This document shows, one piece after another, positions 12,556 through 25,800 of a DNA stretch of 64,000 nucleotides; within the stretch, counting starts at the first letter, position 1, and the number at the start of each line of letters is the position of its first letter. Both the position numbers and the translations under genes were made by a program. This DNA comes from Azolla caroliniana (Eukaryota > Plantae > Polypodiophyta): assembly GCA_043228905.1 (NCBI GenBank), contig JBHGNT010000001.1, forward strand, positions 20,460,001-20,524,000, written 5' to 3'. The notes beneath the pieces were generated by a model. The model searched no databases. It was given only the letters and a program-made list of their open reading frames with translations, and was not told where the DNA came from.

Positions 12556-15500
12556 TTTGTTATTCCTGTTCTTCTTGGTTAGTTTTCCTTTCAAGCTATG
12601 TCTGTTGCAGAGGTTCTCAACCCTCATGCTCTGATACCATGAAAAAGATTATGTGCGGAAGCAATAGAAAACCGAACACATAAAATATGCAGGTTTAATG
12701 GAGAGCTTGAATATACACAGTACGCAGGAGAGACAGAGAGAGAGAGAGCACACAGAAACACAATTCAAAATAATACTCAATTTGTACATACACCGTGCTC
12801 AGTGAGCACCTTTTATACAAGCCCTGACAATAGGGCTGACACAAGTACTGACAGTACTTGAATGCTCATAAATGAGCATGCTACACTAACTCCCAAAATT
12901 TTTCCTTACGAGGAATACTATACTAACGGTCTTCTAGTTTACGCACCGATACAGCCACATTATGCGTACTATTTTACACACCCAAACACGCCACAAAGAC
13001 TATGGACCGGTAAGGAAGTGTCTTACTGGCACCTGAAGGTGTTCGGGTGTCTCGCTTACGTGCATGTGGCAAAGGACCGGAGAGCAAAGTTGGATCCAAA
13101 GTCTCGGCCTTGCATATTCCTCGGATACGGCGATGATGAGTTCAGCTACTGAGTGTGGGACCCCATCGACAAGAAGGTGTTCCGGAGTCGAGATATTATC
13201 CTCATGGAGGACAAAACTCTTGCCGACTGGGAGTCCGAGAAGAAGATAATGAACTCCGAGTCAATTGGAAAGGACCAATTCGATGAGATACGGACCTACC
13301 CAGCTAAGAGCCGGTTGACACTCGAACAACCGGCCGACTGGTCACGGAGAGGACACCGATCCGGCAGAAGAAGAAGATGAAGCAAGAACCGGAACCGGCC
13401 AAGATCCTGATTCAGATTCGGATGAAGAACAAACAGAGGAGCCGGGTGCCAGAAATCAAAGATGCAGATATCCTCTTAGAGAGAGAAGGGCCCCCCAGAG
13501 ATTTCCGAATGCGGCGCGCGTGTTTCTAACCGATGAGGGTGAGCTAGAAAGCTTCGAAGAAGCAAAGGAGGACACTCACAACCGCAAGTGGTTGAGTGCC
13601 ATGCAGTACGAGATGGATTCCTTGCATGAGAACCACACGTATGAATTGATGGAGTTGCCGAAAGGAAAGCGGGCACTCTGGAATAAGTGGGTGTACAAGT
13701 TAAAACCGGGAGATGCCGACAACCCCCAAGGTAGAAAGCTAGTATTGTGGTGAAGGGGTTCCAGCAGAAGAAGGGATGTGGACTTCGACGAGATATTTGC
13801 CCCGGTAGTAAAGATGACTTCCATCCGGACGGTGCTCAGCATAGCGGCGAGCATGGACCTCGAGGTAGAGCAGTTAGATGTGAAGACGACGTTCCTCCAC
13901 GGCAACCTCGAAGAGGAGATCTACATGCAGCAACCGGAGGGATTTGTGAAGAAAGGGAAGGAGCACCTGGTTTGCCGGTTGAAGAAGAGCCGTTATGGTT
14001 TGAAGTAGGCTCCCTAGCAATGGTACCGGAAGTTCGACTCCTTCATGACGGATAAAGGATACCACAAGACGCAGGCCGATCACTGCGTGTTTGTGAAGAA
14101 GTTTGAAGGTGGAGACTTCTTGATACTCCTCCTGTACGTGGACGACATGTTGATCGTCAGACGAGAGCAAGTCAAGATACGGACGCTGAAGAAGGCTCTG
14201 AACTGGACCTTCTCAATGAAAGACTTGGGTCCGACAAGACAGATACTGGGGATGCATATAATCTGGGACCGGTCAAAGAAGCAATTGTGGCTGTCACAAG
14301 AGAAGTACATGACAAAGGTGCTTCAACGGTTCAACATGTCAGATGTGAAACCAGTCGGATCGACACTGCCGGCAAATTGCAGGTTATCCGGTAAGCAAAG
14401 CCCGAAGACGAAGGCAGAGAAGGCGGATATGATGAAGGTTCCATATGCCTGTGTTGTCGGGAGCTTAATGTACGCAATGATGTGTACTCGACCAGATATT
14501 GGATACGCAGTCGGAGTGGTGAGCCGGTTCATGAGCAATCCCGGCAAGGAGCACTGCAAGACGGTCAAATGGATACTCCGGTACTTGACGGGCACTTCAA
14601 ATATGTGTCTCTGATTCGGCTCCAGTAAACCCCAACTTGACAGTTTCACCGACTCGGATATGTCGGCTGATGCGGATACGAGTCGGTCAACATCGGGATA
14701 TGTTATGACATATGCAATAGGGGCTGTTTCATGGCAGTCCAGGCTGCAGAAGATTGTTGCATTGTCAACCAAGGAGGCGGAGTACATGGTGGTTGTGGAA
14801 GCCGGCTAGCAAATATTATGGATGAAGGACTTCATCGGAGAGCTAGGGATCTGGCAAGAGGAATACCAGCTCTACTATGACAGTCAAAGTGCCATCCACC
14901 TTGCAAAGAACGTTGTCGTGAAGATCCATCACTACGCGCGGATCGTGAGGCTGAACCACCGGGGTTCTGGACTGGAAGGACTCGAAGTTTGCACAAGCTT
15001 TAGTGAGAAAGTATTTAAGATAGATTGAAAGAGAGAGAGATTGAGATAAGATAAAATGCTTGACTTTAGATTTGAAGAACAAGATTAATACATCAATTGG
15101 ATAACGAATTTTCTTCTTAATTTTAATTTTGATATAATTTAGTACAAAGCTCCCCTTTGATCTTTTTCATCCACCCTTTTATAGATGCTCCCATGCATAT
15201 GATGCATGTGAGGGTATAAGACATGCATACAATGCATAAAATGCATGTGATGCATGTTTGCCATTGGGTGCTCATGCATCGCATGTCAATCAAGCTCTAA
15301 TATGAGGATTTACATGTAAAACTATAATGATAGGAAAATCATTTCTAAGGAAATGACATAGCCTAGTCGTAAGTTTATTGCCTCCTATCTCGGAGGTGCA
15401 AAGGTCGAGTCTTGCTTACATCTTTTTCTTTTATGCACAAAATACTATTAGGCTTTTGGACCAAATATATTTAACACATCATGCACCACGATCAACCGAT

Positions 15501-16263
15501 CCGTCCGATTAGCATCCGTTTTGTCCGGCCCAGTCCGCATCCCGAGACGCTTGCCGGTCACTGGTCGGTCGCTGCTTGCCGGTGGCCGGTTCCGCCGGCT
15601 CCGAACCGGCTCACCGGCTCTGACGTCGGATGTCGTTCATCGGTCACCGGATCTATCCGATCACCGATTGCAGAATGCATCCGGTTGGCAGCTTCATCTA
15701 GTTTTGGCCGATTTGAGTTTCTTCACCGACCGATTCGGGCACTTAGTCACATTCGGCGACTTAGCCACATATGTCCATCTAGACAAAAGTGGCCCAAGTC
15801 CAACTATTTCTTATGTGCTCTTAACACATAGATGAAATATGATGGATCTCAATCTTCTTATATAGTTGGAGCCTAAACTTTTCCTATCTATGTGGGATAT
15901 TTCACAGTTTTATTTTTCTCTTTTTCTTTTGCAAAACTTCATACCCACATAACTTGACACTTACATGTCCGTTTCTTATGTAGTGAAGTGCATTCGAAAG
16001 CTCTTCAAGACCTCCATCTTTTTGTACCAAGACATTAAACTTATTTCAAATTAGTATCTTCACTATTATTGTTTAATATGATTCATACTCGATTTCGTAT
16101 GTTTTATGCGATTTTCACACCATTGCCAAAAATCTTCACGACATCCACCCCCACCAAACCACACGTCCTCCGGTTCGTGCCAAGAAGGGAGAATGTGAGA
16201 TTTCGGCAATGGTGATCAGCATGACTCCTCAACGTCGAGCATGTCTGTTTCATTGTACTTGAA

Positions 16264-18455
16264 TCATTGTTGCCACCCAATCCACCATATCATTCGTTTT
16301 TTCTTTCCTTTACCATGACTTGCTGTCATGGCCCCTTGCTCTCTTCTTGAGGATAATCGTTTAAGTCTCATGAATGTTCCACCTTTGTCTCGATCGTCTC
16401 CTTGCTCAAGGCACTTTGACTCATTCACAGTAGTGTCTTTGATAGATGTTTTGATCACATCCTTCAGATCCTCATGGCTTGCTTGGCCATCGCCATCCCT
16501 TGTCATATTTGGCTCAAACTCTTTGTTGCACATATAAGCTTTAACCCTCGCTTCTTCCCCATCACTATTCTTCTCTTGGGTCTTACATCGGTTAATGCCC
16601 AAGTCTCTAGAACGAGTGTGGAGGGACCCATACATTTCCATCGTTCGCCTTTTTCGTGTTGCACGCCATTTCCATCTTAAAGTTGCTCGAATCAGCATTG
16701 ACCTTTTCTTCCTCGCCACCGTTGCTCGAATCAGCACTGACCTTTGCTTCCTCGCCACCAGCTTTTGTCTCTTGGGTCTTACATCGGTTAATGCCCAAGT
16801 CTCTAGAACTAGTTAGTGCGGGGAAAGGCTCTTCATGGCCATTCACCAACTTCGCCTTGACGCCATTTTCCATAGCTATCTCTTCAAAGTCATGGGCCTC
16901 ATACCCATTGATCCTTTTATTGACCAATCCTTTATTATGCTTCTTTCTTTGCCGCATGTATTAGTTTCGACCTTCGGTTCTTTGCCATCACCTCTTGTCT
17001 CTTGGGTCGTACATTGGCTCTCGGATGCAATTGCCCAAGTCTCTAGAACAAGTGTGGAGAAAATTTGGTCATCGTCATTGGTTGTATTATCTTGGTCCTT
17101 CTCTTCTTTTTCGTCACCATCCGTCTCTTGGGTCTCACGTTGGTTCCCAAACGCAACTACCCAAGTCTCTAGATGAAGTATTAGGAAAGTTTCCACATGA
17201 CCATCTGCCATGAACTCGTTCATAGCAATCTCCGACTCGATGTCATTTTTCATGGCTATCTCTTTAATCTCATGGGCCTCACACCCATTGACCCTCTTGA
17301 TCAAACAAGCTTCGATCATGCTTCTCTCTTCGTCACATGTATTCGTTTCAACTCTGGCTCCTCGCCGACACCTTCCATCTCTTGGGTCTCACGTTGGTTC
17401 TTTGACACAACTGCCCAAGTCTCCGGCGCATGTGTGGAGAAAATCCGGTCGTGATTGTTGTCGATGCTTATTGTCTTGTTCATAACTGCCTCCTCGATGT
17501 TGATTTCAGTGGCGAGATCCTTCATCACGTCAATCTCACACTCTTTATCTCCCTTAATGCAAGCTTCGATTTGGCTTGCTCCATCATCCGGCTCCATCAT
17601 CCGTTGTTTTGAACACGACGCATGTTCCAAAGATTTGACCTCCTTTGAAATGGCCATCATCGTCCTCGAGTCATCATCAATCTTCTTTTCCTTTAGGTTG
17701 TTTTGTTTAGACGGTTCGACTTCTTTAGATGGTCTTGTTTTCTCAAAGACCGGCCTTACCAAGTCAATATCATCAAGCCATTGATGCCGCCTGTCGAGCT
17801 TGTTGCATGCTTGCTTCACCGCAACCCAGTCCGCCACAAGGCCGTTTGCTTGGGTATCATCTTCGAGGAGAGTCCCCAACTCTCGTCTATCCTTCGTGTC
17901 CACGACCGCTTTGAAGAAGTACAAAGTCTTGTCCTCCTCCAGCAGCACTTGTCCGTGTTGGGGAGATGACTAAACATTTGGTCGAACTCGTCATACACCC
18001 TCGAGGCGCTCATCTTCTTATTCTTCTTTTCTATCCACATCATCAAGGCATGTCGAGTCTCCTCGTCAAGTCTTCCGTCATGAACTCCGCGAATGTTTCT
18101 TTCTCAAACTCCGACCATGTTGAATTCCCTTCTTAAAGCTCGACGATGCACCTTTGGACGTTGTTGGCGACCACTCTCTTGAAACTTGCGATTTGATGTG
18201 CTTCAGACACATCCCTTTGATTCATTTCCCTTTTGTATGCATCAAGGAACTTCGTAATTTCCTTCCGTCAAATTGACCCTCAAGCTCCACGACACGGTTG
18301 ATGGCCTTTCTGACGCTCGCATCGTTGTCTCGAGATCTCATCATTTGTTCGATGATCAACATCATCCTTTCAAACACTCCCGCCTGATTTCTTAAGGATG
18401 CCATCTCCAAGTTTCGGTGGATCCTTGATTTGATCCTTCCTGCCGCCTCTTTCAC
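16264..18455 (-). pseudogene. Degenerate Gag-like ORF of element D with repetitive acidic C-terminal region
   Basis: Fragments EGQFDGRK, TWSEFEK, YDEFDQMF, DRRELGTLLEDD and repeated LETWA...TQET blocks; no pol motifs. Confidence 0.55.
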
Positions 18456-18468
18456 GTTGGGTTCACCA
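18451..18468 (-). promoter_or_regulatory. Primer-binding site complementary to tRNA-Trp
   Basis: Plus strand TTCACGTTGGGTTCACCA versus plant tRNA-Trp 3' end TTCACGTCGGGTTCACCA (recalled, not searched). Confidence 0.8.
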
Positions 18469-20556
18469 CTTAATTATGTCGTGAAGATCCGTCACTACGT
18501 GCAGATCACGAGGCGGAACCACCGGGGTTCTGGACCAGAAGGACTCGAAGTTTGCACAAGCTTTAGCAAGAAAGTATTTAAGATAGATTGAAAGAGAGAG
18601 AGATTGAGATAAGATAAAATGCTTGACTTTAGATTTGAAGAACAAGATTAATACATCAATTGGATAACGAATTTTCTTCTTAATTTTAATTTTGATATAA
18701 AGTACAAAGCTCCCCTTTGATCTTTTTCATCCACCCTTTTATAGATGCTCCCATGCATATGATGCATGTGGACCAAATATCTTTAACACACCATGCACCG
18801 CGATCAACCGACCCAACCAATCCGTCTGATTTGCATCTGCTTCTGGTTTGGTCCGCATCCCGAGTCGCTTGCCCGTTACTAGCCGGTCGCTGCTGCCGGT
18901 GGCCAATGGCCGGTTCCACTAGTTCCGCCGGTTCACCGGCTCCGACGCCGGATGCCACCAGCTCACCGGCCCCGTCGCGGGATGCCACCAGATACCGTTC
19001 ACCGGTCGCCGGTTCCGTCCGGTCACCGGTTGTTGGATGCATCCGATTGCCCGCTCCATCCAGTTTCCGGTCCTGTCATTGGCCGGTTTGAGTTTCTTCA
19101 CCGGCCGGTTCGGGCACTTAGCCACATATGTCCATCTAGACAAAAGTGGCCCAAGTCCAACTATTTCTTATGTGCCCTTAACATATAGATGAAATATGAT
19201 GGATCTCAATCTTCTTATATAGCTGGAGCCTAAACTTTTCCTATTTATGTGGGATATTTCACAGTTTTATTTTTCTCTTTTTCTTTTACAAAACTTTATA
19301 CTCGCAAAACTTGACACTTAGATGTCTGTTTCTTATGTAGTGAAGTGCATTCGAAAGCTCTTCAAGACCTCCATCTTTTTGTACCAAGATATTAAACTTA
19401 TTTCAAATTAGTATCTTCACTATTATTGTTTTATGCGATTCATACTCGATTTCGTATGTTTAATGCAATTTTCACACCATTGCCGAAAATCTTCATGACA
19501 ACACGGCCTACCATTCCCGGACGAAGCACATCGAGTACAAGTACCATTGGAATTCGAGAGCGAGTAGAAGATCGAGAGTTCATGCTAACGAAGATCTAGA
19601 CGGAGGAGAACGGGTCGGATATGCTGACCAAGTGCTAACACCCGACAAGCTGAACACATGCTGGAAGAGTATCGGATTGATGAGGCATCCCATGCCGAAG
19701 TGAAGGGGCAGTTTGTTAGGATTTTGGTCCCTCCGGATGGGATATGAGTACCCGGCAACGAAAGACCCGGTGAGAACCGGATGATGAGTACTCAGCAAGG
19801 AAGACTCGGTGAGAACCGGATGACGCAGGCCTAGTGAGAACCTCTCACCCGATGAAGGGACATATATGTAAATATGTTTCTGTTAGCCCATTGTGGCTAT
19901 ATTTGTAAATATCCCGAAAGTCATATTAGTATAAATATGACCTAGGGCAAACAAAGTTATTGTTATTGCAAATCATTGTGAACAATGTTGTTGCATAGTG
20001 GTGTAACTACTGTACAGAGTGTAATAGAGAGAGTGAGAGAGAGAGAGAGAGACCTTGAATAGTCTCTGTTGTAACCGCTTGTTGGCGACGATTGAGAGCA
20101 CGAGGTCGTTGCCTCTGTGACTTATTACTGTAGTAATCTTCTTACATAGTGATAGTTTGGAGTTTGTGGGCTCCCATGGTTTTTTCTCCATTTAGGGTTT
20201 TTCCACGAAAACATACTGTGTACTTTCTCTTGCTCTATTGTTTGTGTGTATACGTATATTTCTCCCTATTCCCATCTTTCTGTGGTTGATCATAAGACTC
20301 GGTTGTGGCCGAACAATATTCCAAATATTCTCTACACTTTCGGTACGTCAACCAGGTCCCAAGTCTCATTGTCCGTTAAAGTGCGCATCTCTTCCTCTAT
20401 CGTGGCACGCCAATAGGCGTCTTTCGTTGCCTCCACGTAGCTCTCTGGGTCACTCACTTCCGCCACTTGTGTCATGTATGTGTAATGGTGCCCCATGTAT
20501 TCATTTTACTCGTACCTCGTTACGGGGTTCCTTAGGTGGGTAGATTGAGGTAATTC

Positions 20557-21815
20557 GTGATTACCCGATTTCACGACTTTTTTGGTCGATTTCGACCCCT
20601 TCCATGGAGGTTCCTTCTCGATTGTCCCGAAGTAAGATTCTCTTTGATCTGACTCGGCACTGCCGAAATCATAGTCTGACATTTTCTTCTACCCTTTTGT
20701 TTTACATTGTCCCAAAATCCCGCGGTTGCATGTCGGAGCTGGGCGGGACCACCGGGCTCATGGACTAGGAGGGGAGAAGTTTCCGGAAGGCCGAATCCTC
20801 CAAAGCCTACCGCGTTGCCGGCCGGATCGGTTCCGGATGGTGTTCGGGGAAGACTGACTTGGACGATTCCGAATGCGTTCCGGAATCGACCCGAATTCTT
20901 GAAGGAAGAGAGCGTGCGTGCGTAGCCATGCGACCCTCCTACCCGTATGTACAAGGGACTCTAAAGAAGCACGGGCCATGGCCCGATTAACTGCGCTCGC
21001 GCACACGCACACACACATATACACACACTGATTACAACTAGCACACCAAACCAGCACAGACATCCACACTTACGCACCGGAGATCCCTAAGCTAACTCTC
21101 GGAACACACCCTTATATATATAGACATAGATATGTGTATGTACATAGCACGTTGCAACGCCGGCTAACCACAGAGACAAAGAGGGTGCCTACATCCCAGA
21201 ACCAGTCGGGAGCTCATGGGCTCGCCAGCGAGACTGGAGTCTCGTGCAAGGCACGCCTCTTCTGAAACAACAGTCTTCTGTCACCAAGCCGCCAATCGGG
21301 GAGCACTCAGGCTCGTCTACGTGAGTGGGGATCTTGCACGAGGGAGAGAGGGAGTTGAGGACCGATGCCTTCAAGCGCTCGAGCTTGTCACAACCAACAA
21401 CAACATCGAGACAACAACAACCCTAACAGAGAACAGAGACCAAACAAAACAGAACAGAGGGAACTTAACTCTATCCCCACAACACGAAGCTTAGTGTGCA
21501 AGACAAAACCCTATATGAACAAAATGGAAACAAACTCTATTATGAAGAAACCCAAAAATGGAACCCGCTAAAGGGGACCTATGGAACCTCAAAATGAGGA
21601 ACCCTTCCTTTTATTGAACAAGGAGAGGGATGCGTAACAATGTGGGATAAATCCCGTTGTACATGGGATCCTCTGTCCCGAATTAACTCTTGTTCAGCGC
21701 CATAAAGGCGCCCCTATTATTTGCACGTATACACAAGGGTGGGTTCCCACGCCGCACCCCGCCGATGTTCCCATTATTCCCGGTTTTCTCGCTAAGGCCG
21801 GGAATCTTCACGACA
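20557..21815. repeat. Orphan LTR fragment with D-type terminus (left end deleted)
   Basis: Ends AATCTTCACGACA exactly like D LTRs; contains TATA/CA microsatellite tracts; flanked by B2 sequence. Confidence 0.55.
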
Positions 21816-22895
21816 ACGTGTAAACCATCTCCTTGGTTCTTTACGCGGGACAACATGGCCGAGTCTCCACTACTCGCCGACTCTTCATTTGGTTGGCCAT
21901 TTCGGCCCAACCCCTCATTCGGCCCACTTAGCTGAAATGAGATCAGACTCTCTCGCAAAGCTCCGACATCCTCATTACGTAGAGGCATCTCAGCCTCGCT
22001 GATCTCTTCTTCAGAATTCGAAATGGAATCATGAGGTATTGAAGGTGACTCGTCTTTGGCATTCAACTTCCTCCTCTTCTCCTTTGGCACATGCACATAC
22101 GTATTGCTGCTGAAAATCCTCAAGTGTGCCAAGTTCGGCTTCTTGCCGTTGTTGTCCGCCGGAATAGTAACCGACGGACAGAAGCGCAAGAGCATTATAA
22201 TATAGTAAAGCATTAAGAAACACATGTAACGGTTCACGCAGGAAGCATGAACGGCTAAAAGCCCTGGGTATATAAAGGGCAAAAATCCTCTATAAGAGGT
22301 AGCGTGTAATTTTGGTGCACAGAGCGTTTTTCTAATAGAATACTATCTTCTCTGATTTCTGTGCATATATGTGGTTTTATCTACTCTGTTCTCTGTTCTC
22401 TATTGCATATTATTAATCGTAAGGGTGTAGGCGTAAGTGCGGATACTAGTGCACTTCCTAAGGAGTTCGGTTGTAGCCGTCTCCCTTATACGCTACTAGG
22501 ATACGAGGGAGTATCCCATTACGTATTACGGTACGACGATACCATTCCTTGCAACACAGTGACATTGAGGTCTACGTCAAAGGACTGACCGTAGACAATG
22601 TTCCTAATCCGTAACACGTTTGGCACGCTTGGTGATCTATGTCTTCTCGCAGACGAACAACAACGAATGGATGTTTAGCCGTAGACGACCCAGAGAACCG
22701 ACACGACAAGATCGACCAATCACAAGGTCCATCACACGCCAGGCAGAGGAACGCGCAAGGCAAAAACCTTGCCTCAGTGATATCTGTCGGGACCACAAAG
22801 TCGACTTCCTGCTCACCAAATACCATGGCGACACGCAGGAAGTTCCGTCACCACACAAGTACTGTGGTCTTCCCCTATTCGTCGTAGCATCCAGC

Positions 22896-25800
22896 ATGGC
22901 CTTCTCCTATCCCCGCTTCAACGGTGAAACAGACGCCACGACCCACATTCACCTGTTCGTGAATGTTTGGAATGGGAATCACATGACGCAAAGAATGGTA
23001 GAGTTTGGATTAACTCTGGATGGCAGAGCTGTGTTTTGGCATTCACAGATGGATCTGCCGGCAATCACGACCTTCAACCAGCTGTAGTCGGCCTTTCTGC
23101 GTTTCTTTCATCGGAGGGTGCAGCAACGCGAAATCCTCGGGCAGTTCTATACAATCAAACAGTTGCCAACCGAGACTGTTGCGGACTTTAGTTTACTCTT
23201 CCAAAATCTACGGCAGAAATTAGAATGGGGCCCGATGGAGGACAACGCTCGGGAGACATTTCTGGCAGCCTTATGACGACCTATACAAACGACGCTCAAC
23301 AATAATAGCATGAAAGGAGAAACAACCGATATGGTCATAGGGCGGGCGTTACAGCTCGAGTTGGACAAAGAAGAGGAAAGGTTTTCCATGTCCTCATTAC
23401 GACAGGCGTTACCTCAGGACGAGGAACAACATTTTCGTCAGGCAATCCAGTGCACGATTTGCCTCAATTGCGGACATTCCGCAGTGGAATGCAACATGCG
23501 AATCCACTGCCCAATCTATCACTCAAAAACACACATGGTCTAGCAGTGTGAATACAATATACTGAACAGACCCACGCCCACAATATGAAGCATAGAAACA
23601 TAGCGACCACCTCGCCAAGAAGAACGACCCCGGTATACGGATCAGAATCCATGTGATGACCGGTACTACTGGAATCGCTGGAATAACAACGATTCCGAGG
23701 AAGAAGAGCCAGAGGACGAAGACTACCGGGGCAACCGCATATATAATAAAGGAGGACGCCGTTACGAAAACTATTGTTCGACGAACAAACATGGTGGCTT
23801 TAATGGGCCTCGCGGGAAACATCGACAGTATAGGGACCAACAACATTACGACAAAATTTCAGAAGATGACCGGCACCTGGAGCCGCGCCGGGACCAACAA
23901 CAACCACCGTGGAATTTTAGAAGAATAAACCAAGACAAGGAGGAGCAAGCCACACCTGGGGATAGGAACACGCCACCGGCTGCTAAGAAAGGTGAATCCA
24001 GCATCCATTGTTTCGTTTGCGAACAACCCGGACATTATGCCACTCAATGTCCACTACGCAAGGGCAAGGGCCCCGCCGTCAATACAATTATGGTGGAAGT
24101 TCAGCAAGTTATGACAAGGCAACAAACGAAAAATGTTGATTGGGCCGCGCAAGATGAGATACGTAAGACGGCCCAAGCATGGGTTGAAAAAGCGAACATG
24201 GCCAATACGGAGCGCATGCCGCAGGAGTCTGCAAACAATGTGGGCCCATTGGAGGACGACATAATATCCCCAGATTCCATATGGCAAGCACTGGCAGGCT
24301 GCGAAATAACACTGATAATGGAGAAACTACTTCAATTAGTTCCACGGTTCCGTCAAGCCGTAGAGGATCGCATAGTGGGTAGACCTGGGGTCGGCATCTC
24401 CGCCAATTTTACGGACACCAACAATGGACAAACGGTGCTGGATCACCACAATCCAACTATTAAGTTGGTATTACACGGTTAGGAAATCATAGGATGTGTA
24501 ATTGACAGGGGCTCTGGCATCAATGTAATTAATGCGAAGACATGCGAACAATTGGGAATTTCAGAATGGGAAGCTTGCTTGTTTTGGCTTCGCATGGCGG
24601 ATACCCGCTCAGTTATGCCTTTAGGCTTAATCTCAAAATTAGGCATCATCATTGGCGGACATCGCTTCGACATCTCGGCGGTAGTCCTCGCCCTCGATGC
24701 TCCAGGAGCGTATCCAATGTTGCTTGGCTGACCTTGGCTTTGTTTGGCGAATATTAAACAAAGCTGGCAACTTAAGTGCATCAGTTTTCGCCGAGGATGC
24801 ACCAAGGTTCACGTACCCACAAGGAAATGATGGCACAACCCAAGGGGATAACGCCATTATATGCGGAAGATATAAATATGCTGGATGGGGTGGAGGATAC
24901 AGAGTTGGAAGCATACATGGACGAGCACCCTCGAATCATTCCACTATTCGAAATCGACGTAATAGAAACCGCGACAGAGTACGCTACACCTACTATACTT
25001 CACGAGGAGGCTTATGAACTAGACCGAAAGTCGATCATGGAATTAAGCAGAGCACGGACGGCATTCGAGAAGGAAATGGAAATTTCACGACGAGTCGCTG
25101 CCTCAGCCCTATAAGAAGTTAACGTAGGCACGACATCAGACCCCCGACTCCTCTCCATCACAAAAGAGTTACTACCGGATCAGAGAGAGGCGATGATAAC
25201 ACTGCTCAGGAAGTATAAAGATGTGTTTGCTTGGTCCCACGAGGACATGCAGGGATTAGATCTGAAGTTCTATCAACATAAGATCAATTTAACGACCGAT
25301 GCAAAACCAGTCCATACAGCATGAATCCGAATTACGCGGCTCGCGTAAAAGAGGAAATTGACAAACTTCTGAAGGCTGGATTCATTCCACCAATCAAGCA
25401 AGCTACATGGCTAAGCCCGATAGTAGTCGTACCAAAGAAAAATGGAAAAATACGTGTGTGCGTGGACTACTGGAAATTGAACGCCGTAACCATTAAAGAT
25501 GCGTTCCCTTTACCTTTCACCGATAGCATACAGGATGCAGTCGCAGGGCATGACATGTACAGCTTTCTAGATGGCTTCAGTGGGTACAATCAAGCACGCA
25601 TGCACCCCGATGACCAAGAGAAGATGGCGTTTGTCACGGACTAGGGAGTTTATGTCGCGGTCGTCATGATGTTCGGGCTAAAGACGGCGCCGACTACATT
25701 TCAGCGGACAATCACAAAGATTTTTGGGGAATATATACCCGCCTTCATGTAGGTCTTTTTAGACGATTTTGCCGTGTATGGGACAACAGTTGGACATTTT

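Larger units (their letters stand above)
3487..12984 (-). mobile_element. Ty1/Copia family B element with internal deletions, interrupted by a Copia A insertion
   Basis: 3' LTR 3487-3886, PPT 3887-3895, PBS rc 12628-12639, 5' LTR 12640-~12984 (truncated); colinear with 49611-55240. Confidence 0.9.
14914..19500 (-). mobile_element. Non-autonomous gag-only LTR element D
   Basis: LTRs 14914-16143 and 18477-19500 with 12-bp terminal inverted repeats TGTCGTGAAGAT/ATCTTCACGACA; PPT-like GGTGGGGGTGGA (rc 16144-16155); PBS 18451-18468; 4-bp TSD ACGT/ACAC. Confidence 0.9.
12985..20336 (+). mobile_element. Copia A 3' half (INT C-terminus, RT, RNase H, PPT, 3' LTR 19714-~20336), split by element D
   Basis: YVDDML and RH motifs; reading SAIHLAKN|AAYHSRTKHI resumes at 19505; PPT GAAGGGGCAG before TGTTAGG at 19714. 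Confidence 0.85.

Noticed and set aside
16570-17440. CRISPR-like repeat-spacer appearance
   Set aside because: Repeats are degenerate, spacers are long, unequal and mutually related, the context is a eukaryotic LTR element, and there are no cas genes
18451-18468. tRNA genes at the PBS-like matches (also 39222-39239, 48621-48638)
   Set aside because: Only 3'-end matches including CCA; no cloverleaf or 5' half
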